Shown here piece after piece: positions 9,020-20,436 of a stretch of DNA of 64,000 bases. Source of the DNA: Candidatus Bruticola sp. (GTDB taxonomy: Bacteria; Vulcanimicrobiota; Xenobia; Xenobiales; Xenobiaceae); assembly GCA_051874735.1 (NCBI GenBank), contig JBJEGD010000002.1, positions 64,001 through 128,000 on the forward strand, written 5' to 3'. The notes beneath the pieces were generated by a model. That model was not told where the DNA came from. It worked only from the letters and a program-made list of their open reading frames with translations, and searched no databases. The first letter of the stretch is position 1. The number at the start of each line of letters is the position of its first letter. The translations under genes were made by a program, and so were the position numbers.

Positions 9020-10021
9020 CTACTCTGCAAAATAGCGTCGACCGCCCAAAAAGTGATATTTTGAAACGTTGCTAACCTTATTTAAATTACTAAGGCTGAC
9101 ACCTTTCTTGCCGGAAGCATCAAGAAAACTGCCGTCTCCGACATAAAACCCTACATGACTTACATGCTCTTCATCGGCGCCAAAGAAAACTAAATCACCA
9201 GGTTCAAGCTCATCCTTGCTAAGTGGCATACCTACCAAAAACTGCTGATCTGCATCACGCGGTACTATCAAACCGTGCAAGCGGCAGCATACATAGACTA
9301 AACCGGAGCAATCGATACCGTGACAGCTTAATCCGCCCCAAAGGTAAGCAGTTCCCTTGAATCGGAAGGCGGTAAGCAATACCTCCTCAGCCTTAGTGGG
9401 CAGCACCTGTCGGCTGCCGTTTTCATAGGGTATATAGCCACTTTGATTAGAACCAGGCCAACTAACTACCCAAAATTTTTGTCCTCCAGCCCCAGTCTGA
9501 CAAACTTGACTGCCTAAAGACAGCAAAGTAGTCGCGAAAACTCGCCCCAATCTGGCAGCAGATTGATCAGGCTTCACATAAACGAACGATTGAGGACTAA
9601 TAATCATGACGCTGTCAGCTGAGCGACTATCTATGGACCACTCCCTCAAACAAGGCTGGGCACAGTAGCCTAAATTCAAACTTTGACCAGCGAAACCGAC
9701 TTGCTCCGTTAAAAAACTTCCGTTAATCCAACCAGGATACCCCTCAGGCTCACGATACTGATTAGGTACTACCACCTGCTTCCAGTCCCCAGATTCAGAA
9801 ACAGATTTTACATAGACAGGTTCACCTAAAAGAACTTGAGTCAATCTCTCAGAGTCATCATAAATATCAGCAAACACACTGACAACTGGCACCGATACAA
9901 CATATAAGGATTCAGCTTCATTATCAGCCATGGTCTTCTCCTGGCAGCATAGAATAAGCAAAAAGCACCAAACAAGCTGCTTAATGCGGCTTTTGAATAT
10001 TTCCTTATAGATTAATCTCAA
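9020..10021 (-). CDS. SH3b + NlpC/P60 (C40) peptidoglycan peptidase, YkfC-like
   Basis: RLTQVLLGE...GYPGWI (SH3-like); YLWGG...GIDCSGL, PRDADQQ, PGDLVFF, SHVGFY; N-terminal hydrophobic signal. Confidence 0.9.
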   Translation of the reverse strand: MRLIYKEIFKSRIKQLVWCFLLILCCQEKTMADNEAESLYVVSVPVVSVFADIYDDSERLTQVLLGEPVYVKSVSESGDWKQVVVPNQYREPEGYPGWINGSFLTEQVGFAGQSLNLGYCAQPCLREWSIDSRSADSVMIISPQSFVYVKPDQSAARLGRVFATTLLSLGSQVCQTGAGGQKFWVVSWPGSNQSGYIPYENGSRQVLPTKAEEVLLTAFRFKGTAYLWGGLSCHGIDCSGLVYVCCRLHGLIVPRDADQQFLVGMPLSKDELEPGDLVFFGADEEHVSHVGFYVGDGSFLDASGKKGVSLSNLNKVSNVSKYHFLGGRRYFAE

Positions 10022-11224
10022 CTACAGACCCACTTTTTGACGAGCCGGAATTTTAAGTTTATCTCCAGGCACGATATGATCGTAATAAGGAGCAGGCAAT
10101 TTATTGAATTTTCCGAGAGCTTTGCATACCTTAGGATCGGTTGTCGAATAATATTTTTCAGCAATGCTAGAAATAGTCTCTCCGGATTGCACGTTATGAA
10201 TAATAACTTTCGAACCACTGGGAGCCGCTTTAACTGAACTTTCTTCTTTTTGGGCAAGTTTACTCTCTGTAGTTTTGACCGTATTCGCTTTCTCTTCCGA
10301 CACAGCTATAGGTTCAGCCGCTGGCGTACTCAAAAGCCCCAATTCCTTGTCAAGAACGCCTACTGCCTCCAACTGCCCTTCAATTACCTTAACTCTCTTT
10401 TCTACTGAGTCAATCTGTTGAGATATTTGAATTTGATTAGCCAAAACCTCATGTTGATCGACTTTAGCTACCGGCGCCGGACGCAACAACTGAACCATCA
10501 GACAAAGGCCGATTAAAACGAGAATAATATAATCGATAGGGCGTACAACGGGATTGCGCAGCATACGCTGAAACTTATCTATACTGCGTTCTAAATAACG
10601 CTCGTCAAGATAATCTTCTTGACGAGTGGGTTCACGTGATACAATAGTGGAATTAACCGCCGTTTTCCCGTAAATTCTGAAACCGCCACTATTCTGCAAT
10701 TCACCATCACGCCATAAATAGAAACTGCGTTCTCCAATAACAGGATCAACTATATAAATTACTTGAGACTGCTTGGGAAAAAATTTTTGGTGAATTTCTT
10801 TCTCTAAATCAGTTAAGCTGCTGCCAGTTCCAGGATGAGAATGGAACCAACCAACTACACTCATGCCGGGATGCTTTTTAGAAGCTTGCGCAAAGGCTCT
10901 TTTCCAGACAACTTCAGTAAAGTTATCACTTTGAGGTTTAACCTCAACAGCCTCATCTATTTTTATCCAAGAATTATCCTTAACATGACTGCCCAAAAGC
11001 AAACCTGCTTGAGCCTGGGCCGTATTATTCAAAGCTAATTTATTTAAAGTAGTAAATAGCTGATAACGCAAATAAATACGGGAATTACCAACTTTTTCTG
11101 TGCCGACTTGGAAATAATCTCCAGGTGCAGCCGCTGCATTAACCAAACCTATCCCCTCTTTAGATAATAAAAGATCTTCTCCCAACGTTTCCTCCAAATA
11201 AAAGGCCCTTCTCTTAGATACCAC
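10022..11224 (-). CDS. JAB/MPN (Mov34) domain + TM helix + coiled coil + C-terminal LysM protein
   Basis: AGLLLG...VVGWFHSHPG...YIVDPV (JAB); TM YIILVLIGLCLMVQLL; LysM HNVQSGETISSIAEKYY...IVPGDKLKIP. Confidence 0.85.
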   Translation of the reverse strand: MVSKRRAFYLEETLGEDLLLSKEGIGLVNAAAAPGDYFQVGTEKVGNSRIYLRYQLFTTLNKLALNNTAQAQAGLLLGSHVKDNSWIKIDEAVEVKPQSDNFTEVVWKRAFAQASKKHPGMSVVGWFHSHPGTGSSLTDLEKEIHQKFFPKQSQVIYIVDPVIGERSFYLWRDGELQNSGGFRIYGKTAVNSTIVSREPTRQEDYLDERYLERSIDKFQRMLRNPVVRPIDYIILVLIGLCLMVQLLRPAPVAKVDQHEVLANQIQISQQIDSVEKRVKVIEGQLEAVGVLDKELGLLSTPAAEPIAVSEEKANTVKTTESKLAQKEESSVKAAPSGSKVIIHNVQSGETISSIAEKYYSTTDPKVCKALGKFNKLPAPYYDHIVPGDKLKIPARQKVGL

Positions 11225-11305
11225 GTAGAGAAAGGCCTGAGCCTTAAGCTGTATTTATATACTACCTTCAGAGAATAATCTGCAGTCGCTCCCCCTTCCT
11301 TATCT

Positions 11306-12487
11306 CTAGATCATTGCCTCTTCGGTATCTTTATTGAAAAGATGTATCTTGCGGGTATCAATAGCTAAGTTAGCAGTATCTCCAACCTTAGCATCGGTAT
11401 GAGAATCAACTCGAGCCACCAATTCTTCCTCACCTAAACGAATATGCAGAGAGACTTCAGACCCCATAGGCTCATACACTTCAACCTTGGCGGAGATGGG
11501 CACTAAGAACTCGCTTTCTCGGGCGAACTTAGGATCGTGAATATCCTCCGGCCTAATACCGAAAGTACACTCAGCTCCAGCGAACTCCTTTATACGCCCA
11601 GCCAAACGCTCTGGTATTTCTAAACTGAAACCTTTGCCCTTAATAACAACATTTTCGCCGACCGCTTCCAACTTCACTTCTAAGAAATTCATAGAAGGAG
11701 TACCAATAAAACCAGCCACATATTTATTAGCAGGATGTTCGTACATTTCCAAGGGGGCGGCGGCCTGTTGAATTATCCCTTTGTGCATGAGAACAATACG
11801 ATCGCCTAAAGTCATGGCTTCAGTCTGATCGTGAGTTACATAAATAGTTGTAACTCCCAAAGTATGGTGTAATTTCTGCAGTTCAGCTCTCATCTGAACG
11901 CGAAGCTTGGCATCTAAGTTGGAGAGAGGTTCATCCATAAGGAATACTTGAGGACGGCGTACAATAGCGCGTCCCATAGCCACACGTTGACGCTGCCCAC
12001 CAGAAAGCTCTTTAGGCTTACGCAGCAGCAAATGCTTAATATCTAAAAGCTCGGCAGCATTATTTACTAATTTTTTTATTTCCTCTTCCGCATATTTGCG
12101 CTGACGAAGACCAAAAGCCATATTGTCGTAAACACTAAAATGAGGATACAAAGCATAGCTCTGGAAGACCATGGCAATATCTCGATCTTTAGGGGATACA
12201 TCATTGACCTTGCGATCACCGATATAAATAGATCCGCTAGTAATCTCTTCTAGACCTGCTACCATACGCAAAGTAGTAGACTTACCACAACCGGAGGGAC
12301 CTACTAAAACTAAAAACTCGCCGTCTTTAATATCTAGAGAGATATTTTTAACTACATGAACCTGACTGGGAAGGCGGCTAGGCTTCCAAAACTGATACCA
12401 AGCCTGATGCTCCGGGTTTGGACTCCAACCATCATAGATCTTATTTACTTCGACAAGACGAACACTACCCACAACTAAATACCCCAA
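11306..12487 (-). CDS. Sugar ABC transporter ATP-binding subunit (MalK/MsmX/UgpC family), no permease nearby
   Basis: GPSGCGKST, LSGGQRQRVAMGR, MDEPLSNLDAKLR, YVTHDQ, GIRPE, TOBE tail. Real start is probably GTG at 12472. Confidence 0.95.
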   Translation of the reverse strand: MGYLVVGSVRLVEVNKIYDGWSPNPEHQAWYQFWKPSRLPSQVHVVKNISLDIKDGEFLVLVGPSGCGKSTTLRMVAGLEEITSGSIYIGDRKVNDVSPKDRDIAMVFQSYALYPHFSVYDNMAFGLRQRKYAEEEIKKLVNNAAELLDIKHLLLRKPKELSGGQRQRVAMGRAIVRRPQVFLMDEPLSNLDAKLRVQMRAELQKLHHTLGVTTIYVTHDQTEAMTLGDRIVLMHKGIIQQAAAPLEMYEHPANKYVAGFIGTPSMNFLEVKLEAVGENVVIKGKGFSLEIPERLAGRIKEFAGAECTFGIRPEDIHDPKFARESEFLVPISAKVEVYEPMGSEVSLHIRLGEEELVARVDSHTDAKVGDTANLAIDTRKIHLFNKDTEEAMI

Positions 12488-12640
12488 ATTATCGCTGATT
12501 GTGCACCCTTAAGCACTGCTAGCCATGCTGAAAATGCGGTGTTACTACTTCGGGTGTTCTTCTATTTTTCTTATTCAGCTCCTACTCAGAAACATTAATA
12601 TCACAAATTGACAGTACTATCATAATATAGAAACAACTGT

Positions 12641-13252
12641 TCAATCGTTTTTGCCATCTTGTATCCGCTGCAGCGATTCAAGAATGCGGTGACACTCCTG
12701 CTCTAAATTAGAATATATGCGTTTAGCATAATCATCAGCGTCATCGCAGACGTCTTTACTGTAAGCGTTGGCCTCATGCCGCACTTTGTCAGCAGTAGTA
12801 GTGGCTGATTCACGAACCTTAGCCGCCTCAGCTTCAGCCTCATGTACAAGACGATTGGCTTTTTCTTCGGCCTCATGTATGAGACGATTGGCTTTTTCTT
12901 TAGTCTCTTTAAGAATGCGTTCCGATTCATCTTGAGCTTGAATGACTACTTGGCTCTCTTGCACCATCTCATAAGCTTCAGCTTTAGCAGTCCGCATCGT
13001 TTCTCTAGCTCTGTCTTCGGCTTCTCTAATTGTCTTCTGAGCTTCTTTGACAGCCTCTTCTTTTATCTGGTCAGCTCTGCCAACAATATCCTTAGCCTGC
13101 ATAATTTCTTCAGGTAAATTTGATCTGGCTTCAGTTATAAGTTTTAGAAAAGCCTCTTTATTGATTACAGAGCAGTTGGCCCATACTAAAGGAAGAGGCT
13201 TGCTGTCCTCAACAATTTTTTCTAAGCGAGTTAAAATTTTATATATATCCAT
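12641..13252 (-). CDS. Coiled-coil protein of the family commonly found downstream of coaD (DivIVA/ATP-synthase-b-like)
   Basis: MDIYKILTRLEKIVEDSKPLPL...LPEEIMQA...ADDYA pattern, Ala/Glu-rich coil, position after coaD. Confidence 0.7.
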   Translation of the reverse strand: MDIYKILTRLEKIVEDSKPLPLVWANCSVINKEAFLKLITEARSNLPEEIMQAKDIVGRADQIKEEAVKEAQKTIREAEDRARETMRTAKAEAYEMVQESQVVIQAQDESERILKETKEKANRLIHEAEEKANRLVHEAEAEAAKVRESATTTADKVRHEANAYSKDVCDDADDYAKRIYSNLEQECHRILESLQRIQDGKND

Positions 13253-13303
13253 ATATATTTAACCCTCCGTAACTACTCTATATAGCAATTAACTATCAAA
13301 AAA

Positions 13304-13804
13304 CTAATGTAGCTGATTAAATTTCGCAGCTAAATATCTACTAACTGCAGCAGGAACCATACGGGAGATATCTCCTCCTAAAGAGGCTATCTCGCGCACG
13401 CAGCTAGAACTTACAAAAATGTGCTCAGGAGAGCTAATAAAAAAGATCGTGTCAATTTCAGGGGCTAGCTGCCTATTAATTAAAGCCATCTTGAATTCAG
13501 CGGCGAAATCGGAACCATCCCGTAAGCCGCGAACAATGAAAGATGCTTGGCTATGACGCACAAAATCGATCAGTAAACCGGAAAAAGTATCTACTTTAAC
13601 ATTATCCCAAGCTGCGACACTCAAACTAATCATCTCTTTTCTCTGTTCTAAACTAAAGAGAGGATTTTTGTTAGGATTGCAGACCACCGCTACGATCAGT
13701 TCATCTACCGAACGGGCAGCTCTGCCTATAATATCAAGATGACCGTTAGTGAGAGGATCAAAACTGCCAGCATAAACAGCCCGCCGCACTTTTAAATTAT
13801 TCAT
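13304..13804 (-). CDS. coaD: Phosphopantetheine adenylyltransferase
   Basis: YAGSFDPLTNGHLDII, IVRGLR, VSSSCVREIA. Confidence 0.96.
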   Translation of the reverse strand: MNNLKVRRAVYAGSFDPLTNGHLDIIGRAARSVDELIVAVVCNPNKNPLFSLEQRKEMISLSVAAWDNVKVDTFSGLLIDFVRHSQASFIVRGLRDGSDFAAEFKMALINRQLAPEIDTIFFISSPEHIFVSSSCVREIASLGGDISRMVPAAVSRYLAAKFNQLH

Positions 13805-13813
13805 ATTGTAGAA

Positions 13814-15265
13814 CTAAAGATTAACTTCTCCACTAAGTAAAGTTCCAGCAGGTATAAATGTTTCTACTGAAGCTGTAACTTTTACTTCTCCCTGACAAGC
13901 TACACCTTGTCCGAAAACAACTGGCCCATCGATTTCAAGCGAAGAACACTGTTTCAAACTGGGCATACCTGCAGGGAACATGTGCGCCAAATCTTCCAAA
14001 GTCACGATTTCACTTGGCAGAGATATAAGGGGAGGCTTAAAGTTATCTTGAACACAGTGTATAGAATAATTTTCATCTACATAAAATAAATCTGAACGCA
14101 CAATCATTAAATCGCCGAGTCCTTTAACAGGCACAAAACGACTGCGCGGCACCTCAACGGCCTGAGCATTGAGCCACGAAGAAATAATCGAACCGCACGC
14201 TGTTTCAATTTGATAAACTTTGCAAGCTTTTCCAAAACTGTCGCAAAGCATTTTAGTGTTGCAGATAACTGGTAAATCGAGCAAACCACCGTGCGAAACA
14301 ATAAGTTTATACAAAGCTTCAGCATCAAACCACAAGTTGTTCGTATTGAAATAGCAATATTTATTAATATCGGCGAAATACTCACGTTCCTCGGGACTGC
14401 ACATAGAAGATTCGCGAAGCACAAATGCTCCGTAAACGTCGCGGGCTAAATGACCACCTTTGCGATCAGCGGCACAGCGCCGTGAAACTTCCATAACCAT
14501 CGGACATCCTTGAGCGGCCATCCACTCAGGAATGCGCATATCTAAGCTAGCCCCCAGGTTATCTATATTAGAGACAAAAATATACTTAATGCCACGAGAC
14601 AAAAGCTCAACTAAAAGACCACTGACAAATAAGGAAAGATAAAGATCTCCGTGACCAGGTGGACACCATTCGTCCTTAGGATTAGACGCAGAAACATATG
14701 GAAGCAAATCAGCCGCCGCTACTCTAGGAACCTTAGACTGGATAATTTCTACAGCAACAGGCTGTTCCAATAATCCCAGATAACTCGTTACACTCTTCAT
14801 GGTTTGAGCACTGGTATTGAAACTGTTCATTAAAATTAAGGGCAAAGACCACTGTCCCAAAGACTTGCGTAAATTTAGGATCTGACGAACTGTCAGATCG
14901 AGAAATGAATACTGGCCGTGCGCTTTTATCAGCGACTTAGGGCCTCCTTCCATTCCCATAGTAGTTGCCAAACCGCCGTTGAGCTTAATAATAGCGCATT
15001 TTTTCAACAGCTCGCTGCGCTTTGACTCGGTGAGAACGGGAAAATCTACAAGAGAAGGCAGATTGCCAACAGGAGCAATATCTTTCTCTTTAATAAAACA
15101 TCCATTGCCGCTGAAAGCTTTCATGCAGTTGCGCCTAAAGGCCTCCGTCTGGAGATCTGAGACTCCGGCACCTCTCATCTTAAGAGCAAAAGGCATAAAA
15201 TTCAGGGTCACGGCAGAATTCTCACTTTCTACAAAATAATTTTCACAAACGCAACTAGCCAGCAC
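13814..15265 (-). CDS. UTP--glucose-1-phosphate uridylyltransferase, eukaryote/actinobacterial type (UDPGP family, not GalU)
   Basis: KLNGGLATTMG, LILMNSFNTS, WCPPGHGDLY, FVSNIDNLGA, DRKGGHL, FNTNNLW, QIETA, RSRFVPVK. True start probably 15212 or 15197. Confidence 0.9.
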   Translation of the reverse strand: MLASCVCENYFVESENSAVTLNFMPFALKMRGAGVSDLQTEAFRRNCMKAFSGNGCFIKEKDIAPVGNLPSLVDFPVLTESKRSELLKKCAIIKLNGGLATTMGMEGGPKSLIKAHGQYSFLDLTVRQILNLRKSLGQWSLPLILMNSFNTSAQTMKSVTSYLGLLEQPVAVEIIQSKVPRVAAADLLPYVSASNPKDEWCPPGHGDLYLSLFVSGLLVELLSRGIKYIFVSNIDNLGASLDMRIPEWMAAQGCPMVMEVSRRCAADRKGGHLARDVYGAFVLRESSMCSPEEREYFADINKYCYFNTNNLWFDAEALYKLIVSHGGLLDLPVICNTKMLCDSFGKACKVYQIETACGSIISSWLNAQAVEVPRSRFVPVKGLGDLMIVRSDLFYVDENYSIHCVQDNFKPPLISLPSEIVTLEDLAHMFPAGMPSLKQCSSLEIDGPVVFGQGVACQGEVKVTASVETFIPAGTLLSGEVNL

Positions 15266-17072
15266 TATGCGCTATTTTAAGATAGGTAGAATCAAATGAA
15301 TCCATTAAGGCTATCTGTTCTCGATAACGTTCCAAAATAATTTTGCGACGCAGCTTCAAAGTAGGCGTCAGTTCACCGCTCTGAATAGTAAAAGGCTTAG
15401 TTAGCAAAGCTATTCGCTGCACGCGTTCATGTTTAGCTACATCGCTGAGCAAATCATCGATCGCAGATTTTACGAAACTAATTATCTCAGGATAACCTAC
15501 CAAATCTTCTCTGGACTCAAAATTGAGACCAATTTTTTTAGCATACTCTTCGAGTTTAGAAAAGTTTGGCACTAACAATGCTCCCACCCAAGAACGCCCT
15601 TCACCAATAACGGCAGCTTGTTCAATAAGCGGAGAAAGAGCCAAACGCGATTCCAAATACTGCGGAGCTACATATTTGCCCGTGGAAGTTCGGATCATAT
15701 CTTTAATACGATCTGTAATACACAAATATCCATTAGGAGCGAAATTGCCGACATCTCCAGTGCGGAAGAAACCGTCTTCAGTGAAAGAATTTTTCGTTTC
15801 TTCTGGTTTTTTATAGTAACCAACCATGACGCTGTCGCCGCGCACCTGAATTTCGTTATCCTGCCCTAAACGTATTTCAATACCTTCCATAGGCAAACCG
15901 ACCATACCAGGAATACTTCTTCCTAAGGGAGTGGAAGATATAGTGGCCGTAGTCTCAGTCATACCATAACCATTATTAATAAAAATACCGCAAGCCCGGA
16001 AAAACTCATGGACAGAAGCCGTAAGAGAAGCGCTGCCTACAACTAAATGTTTAATGTGATCGCCGAAAACATGACGAACCTTAGAAAAGACTAGCTTATC
16101 AGCGATTTTATTGCGCATGCGCAGCCATAATCCAGGGGTGCGTCCCTCTATAAGTTCTTTTTGATACTGACAGCCGATACGCACACATTTATTTACAATA
16201 CTCTGCATGGCCTTAGAACGTTGAGAAAATTTTTCATAAACAGCCGTATAAATTTTCTCCAAAATACGCGGCACCACACAGATAACTGAAGGCGCAGCAT
16301 AAGGCAACAGACGTATAATTTCAGGAGAAGGTTTGCAATAATAATAGGTCATGCCCCAAGAGTACTGAACAGCTGACCAACCGCGTTCAAAAATATGGCT
16401 CAAAGGCAGCATACAGAAAGAGCGGTCTTGATCGGTCAAATCGGGCAGACGATCGCGATGGCGCATAATTTGATACACGATATTGCCATGAGTGAGCATA
16501 GCCCCGCGCACAGCCCCAGTCGTACCCGAAGTATACACAATGGTCCAAAGATCGGAGGCTTTTGTTTCCTTAACTTTACTAGACCAATCGGACCGCGTTT
16601 CCACATTGATAAAGTCGGCATATTTCTGGCAGCGAGGATGCTCTCCCTCAATAATTACTACATGTCCGGTATCAGAAACACATTCAAAGAGTAAGTCCGC
16701 CAGCTCCGCATTGCCTACAAAAGTAATTTTTGGAACTGTTTCAGTAAATATTTGCTGGACGGCCTCAGATGAACAAGTCGCATGTATAGCCACCGTAACA
16801 GCTTTAGCACTCATACAGCCATAATCTATCTCTGTCCATTGAGGACAGTTAGGAGCATAAATAGCGACCAGATCGCCATCAGCTAAACCAAAATTTAGAA
16901 CTGCAGAAGCGACTTTGCTAATATTATCTAGGAACTGACTCCAAGAAATTTTTTCCCAGTGATCACCTAGATACACCTCATAGGCAGTACGTTTTTGGTA
17001 TTTTTCGGCGTTAGCGATAATGCCGCTCATAAATGGAGCGTAACTCAATTTATCTTCTCCTAAACCACGCAA
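15255..17072 (-). CDS. Long-chain fatty acid--CoA ligase (FadD15-like)
   Basis: YTSGTTG, LPLSHIFER, GYGMTET, FRTGDVG, ITDRIKD, GELTPTLKLRR. Confidence 0.92.
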   Translation of the reverse strand: MRGLGEDKLSYAPFMSGIIANAEKYQKRTAYEVYLGDHWEKISWSQFLDNISKVASAVLNFGLADGDLVAIYAPNCPQWTEIDYGCMSAKAVTVAIHATCSSEAVQQIFTETVPKITFVGNAELADLLFECVSDTGHVVIIEGEHPRCQKYADFINVETRSDWSSKVKETKASDLWTIVYTSGTTGAVRGAMLTHGNIVYQIMRHRDRLPDLTDQDRSFCMLPLSHIFERGWSAVQYSWGMTYYYCKPSPEIIRLLPYAAPSVICVVPRILEKIYTAVYEKFSQRSKAMQSIVNKCVRIGCQYQKELIEGRTPGLWLRMRNKIADKLVFSKVRHVFGDHIKHLVVGSASLTASVHEFFRACGIFINNGYGMTETTATISSTPLGRSIPGMVGLPMEGIEIRLGQDNEIQVRGDSVMVGYYKKPEETKNSFTEDGFFRTGDVGNFAPNGYLCITDRIKDMIRTSTGKYVAPQYLESRLALSPLIEQAAVIGEGRSWVGALLVPNFSKLEEYAKKIGLNFESREDLVGYPEIISFVKSAIDDLLSDVAKHERVQRIALLTKPFTIQSGELTPTLKLRRKIILERYREQIALMDSFDSTYLKIAHSAG

Positions 17073-17156
17073 GCTGTCAAAGGAACAAAGTTTAACCCGC
17101 CCAGAGCGACCCCTGCGACAACTTTTACCTTTTGAAACAAGAGCTCAAAACAATCT

Positions 17157-17690
17157 TTATTTTTCAGCAACTTCCGGAAGCTGAACTTCAGGATACATAT
17201 TAGCTAGTTCTACTTTATCTTCGTGAATTTTATTTTCGTAATCGGCAGCTTTTTGGGAGAGTTCCTGAGAGTTTTTCTGCAACTCAGACCAGGCTTCTGC
17301 ATCTAGAGGCTGATCGGGACGGTAATTTGTTAAGAACTTGCTAAAAGCCTTGCAATGTTCCAAACGGTTGGTAAGAGCCCCCTTATAATGCAGACTTATG
17401 TTTTTGCAAGACTGAGGACAATCAGTTTTGCTCATAAAGTCGAGCGTTTCTTGCAAGCGCTTAGCCTGATTTTGCAAAACAGAGGCCAATTCTTGACACT
17501 GTTCAGCACTCAGTTCCGCACCTGCTTTAGAAGTTAATCTGCTAATCTCGTAAGCATCAGCTTCTATTCTGCGCTCATAGATAATCATTTGGGAGACGTA
17601 TAAATTAGCAGTTTGCCCTTCAGACATACCACAAGCCCAGCAGGACAAAGCTACCGCGCCTAATGCCAACCAAACTTTGAAGTTCTTCAT
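17157..17690 (-). CDS. Putative lipoprotein, all-helical, unknown function
   Basis: MKNFK plus hydrophobic stretch and lipobox-like LSC/WACG. Confidence 0.65.
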   Translation of the reverse strand: MKNFKVWLALGAVALSCWACGMSEGQTANLYVSQMIIYERRIEADAYEISRLTSKAGAELSAEQCQELASVLQNQAKRLQETLDFMSKTDCPQSCKNISLHYKGALTNRLEHCKAFSKFLTNYRPDQPLDAEAWSELQKNSQELSQKAADYENKIHEDKVELANMYPEVQLPEVAEK

Positions 17691-17870
17691 AATAAAAAAA
17701 GCCTAATAAATTTCATGAGTAAACGCTCTTTAAAAACTCAGCGAATCTGAGTACAGAGAGCGAACGGACGTTAGCTTCTAGAAAAATTAAACTAAAGCCT
17801 TTTTTTGCTTTAATTACCCTTTTGCATATGTAGAAAAAAAGGACGATTAATTATATTCAATAGCGCAAAT

Positions 17871-17909
17871 AAAAAGGTGCGAGAGAAAGCGCAGCCCTCT
17901 CTCGCACCT
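17871..17909 (-). terminator. Rho-independent terminator of groEL
   Basis: AGGTGCGAGAGA/TCTCTCGCACCT 12-bp stem followed by a U-run on the minus strand. Confidence 0.85.
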
Positions 17910-17999
17910 CTCATATGAGCAGGCAGAACCGGCATAGTCCAAATTTATCTAGAACTCGCTTCTCCCCCCCCTAACCGTCCGACCACTCATATATCGAAT

Positions 18000-19739
<1,740 letters not shown>

Positions 19740-19896
19740 TTAAAACTGACAGAGCTAGCTATTTTCCGTCCTACCTCCCCCCCACTATAGAACTCAACTA
19801 TAAACTTTCGTCAGCTAATCGGCCGAACTAATTCTCCCCCTGAATTTTTCACGGCCACCTTCAGTTTAGCCGACGCACTTAGCAGCTCTTAAACTT

Positions 19897-20190
19897 TTAG
19901 GCAAAAATGCCCATAATTTCGCGCTGGTCTACAATTACGTACTCTTCACCGTCGAGTTTAATTTCGGTACCGGAGTATTTACCCAGCAAAACGATTTGGC
20001 CGACTTCCACATCCATATGGTTGCGCTTGCCGTTATCAAGAAGCTTACCGGAGCCCACGGCCATAACTTCGCATTTCATTGGCTTTTCCTGAGCGCTTTC
20101 AGGAATGTAGATGCCGCCAGCAGTTTTCTGCTCAGAAGCAAGGCGCTTCACCACAACGCGATCACCTAACGGTTTAATAGTCAAAGCCAT
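19897..20190 (-). CDS. groS: Co-chaperonin GroES
   Basis: IKPLGDRVVV...TAGGIYIPESAQEKP, KYSGTEIK. ATG at 20190 follows GGAGG; the ORF-track start at 20286 is too long. Confidence 0.98.
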   Translation of the reverse strand: MALTIKPLGDRVVVKRLASEQKTAGGIYIPESAQEKPMKCEVMAVGSGKLLDNGKRNHMDVEVGQIVLLGKYSGTEIKLDGEEYVIVDQREIMGIFA

Positions 20191-20436
20191 TTTCAACCTC
20201 CAAAAAGTCTGTACCCGCTCCTTTAACTTAGTAGGGCCAAGAAGAGAGCCGACTTTACTATATTCACTAAAGGCCCTTGCTTTCATAGGGCCATAAATCT
20301 TTCGAACGACGAGTTATTACGAACCCCACAGGGCCTTCCCCTGCCAAAAAAATTAGCCTATCTGTTAGATATATATTAGATTTTACCTAGAGACACATGT
20401 ACCGGAAAGTTCCTTATTTGGTTGTGTAATACAAGG

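Noticed and set aside
12838-12900. 33-bp direct repeat (EKANRLxHEAE twice)
   Set aside because: Minor duplication within a coiled coil, typical of this family.
20191-20286. N-terminal extension of GroES in the ORF track
   Set aside because: A GGAGG RBS precedes ATG 20190, which gives a normal-length GroES.
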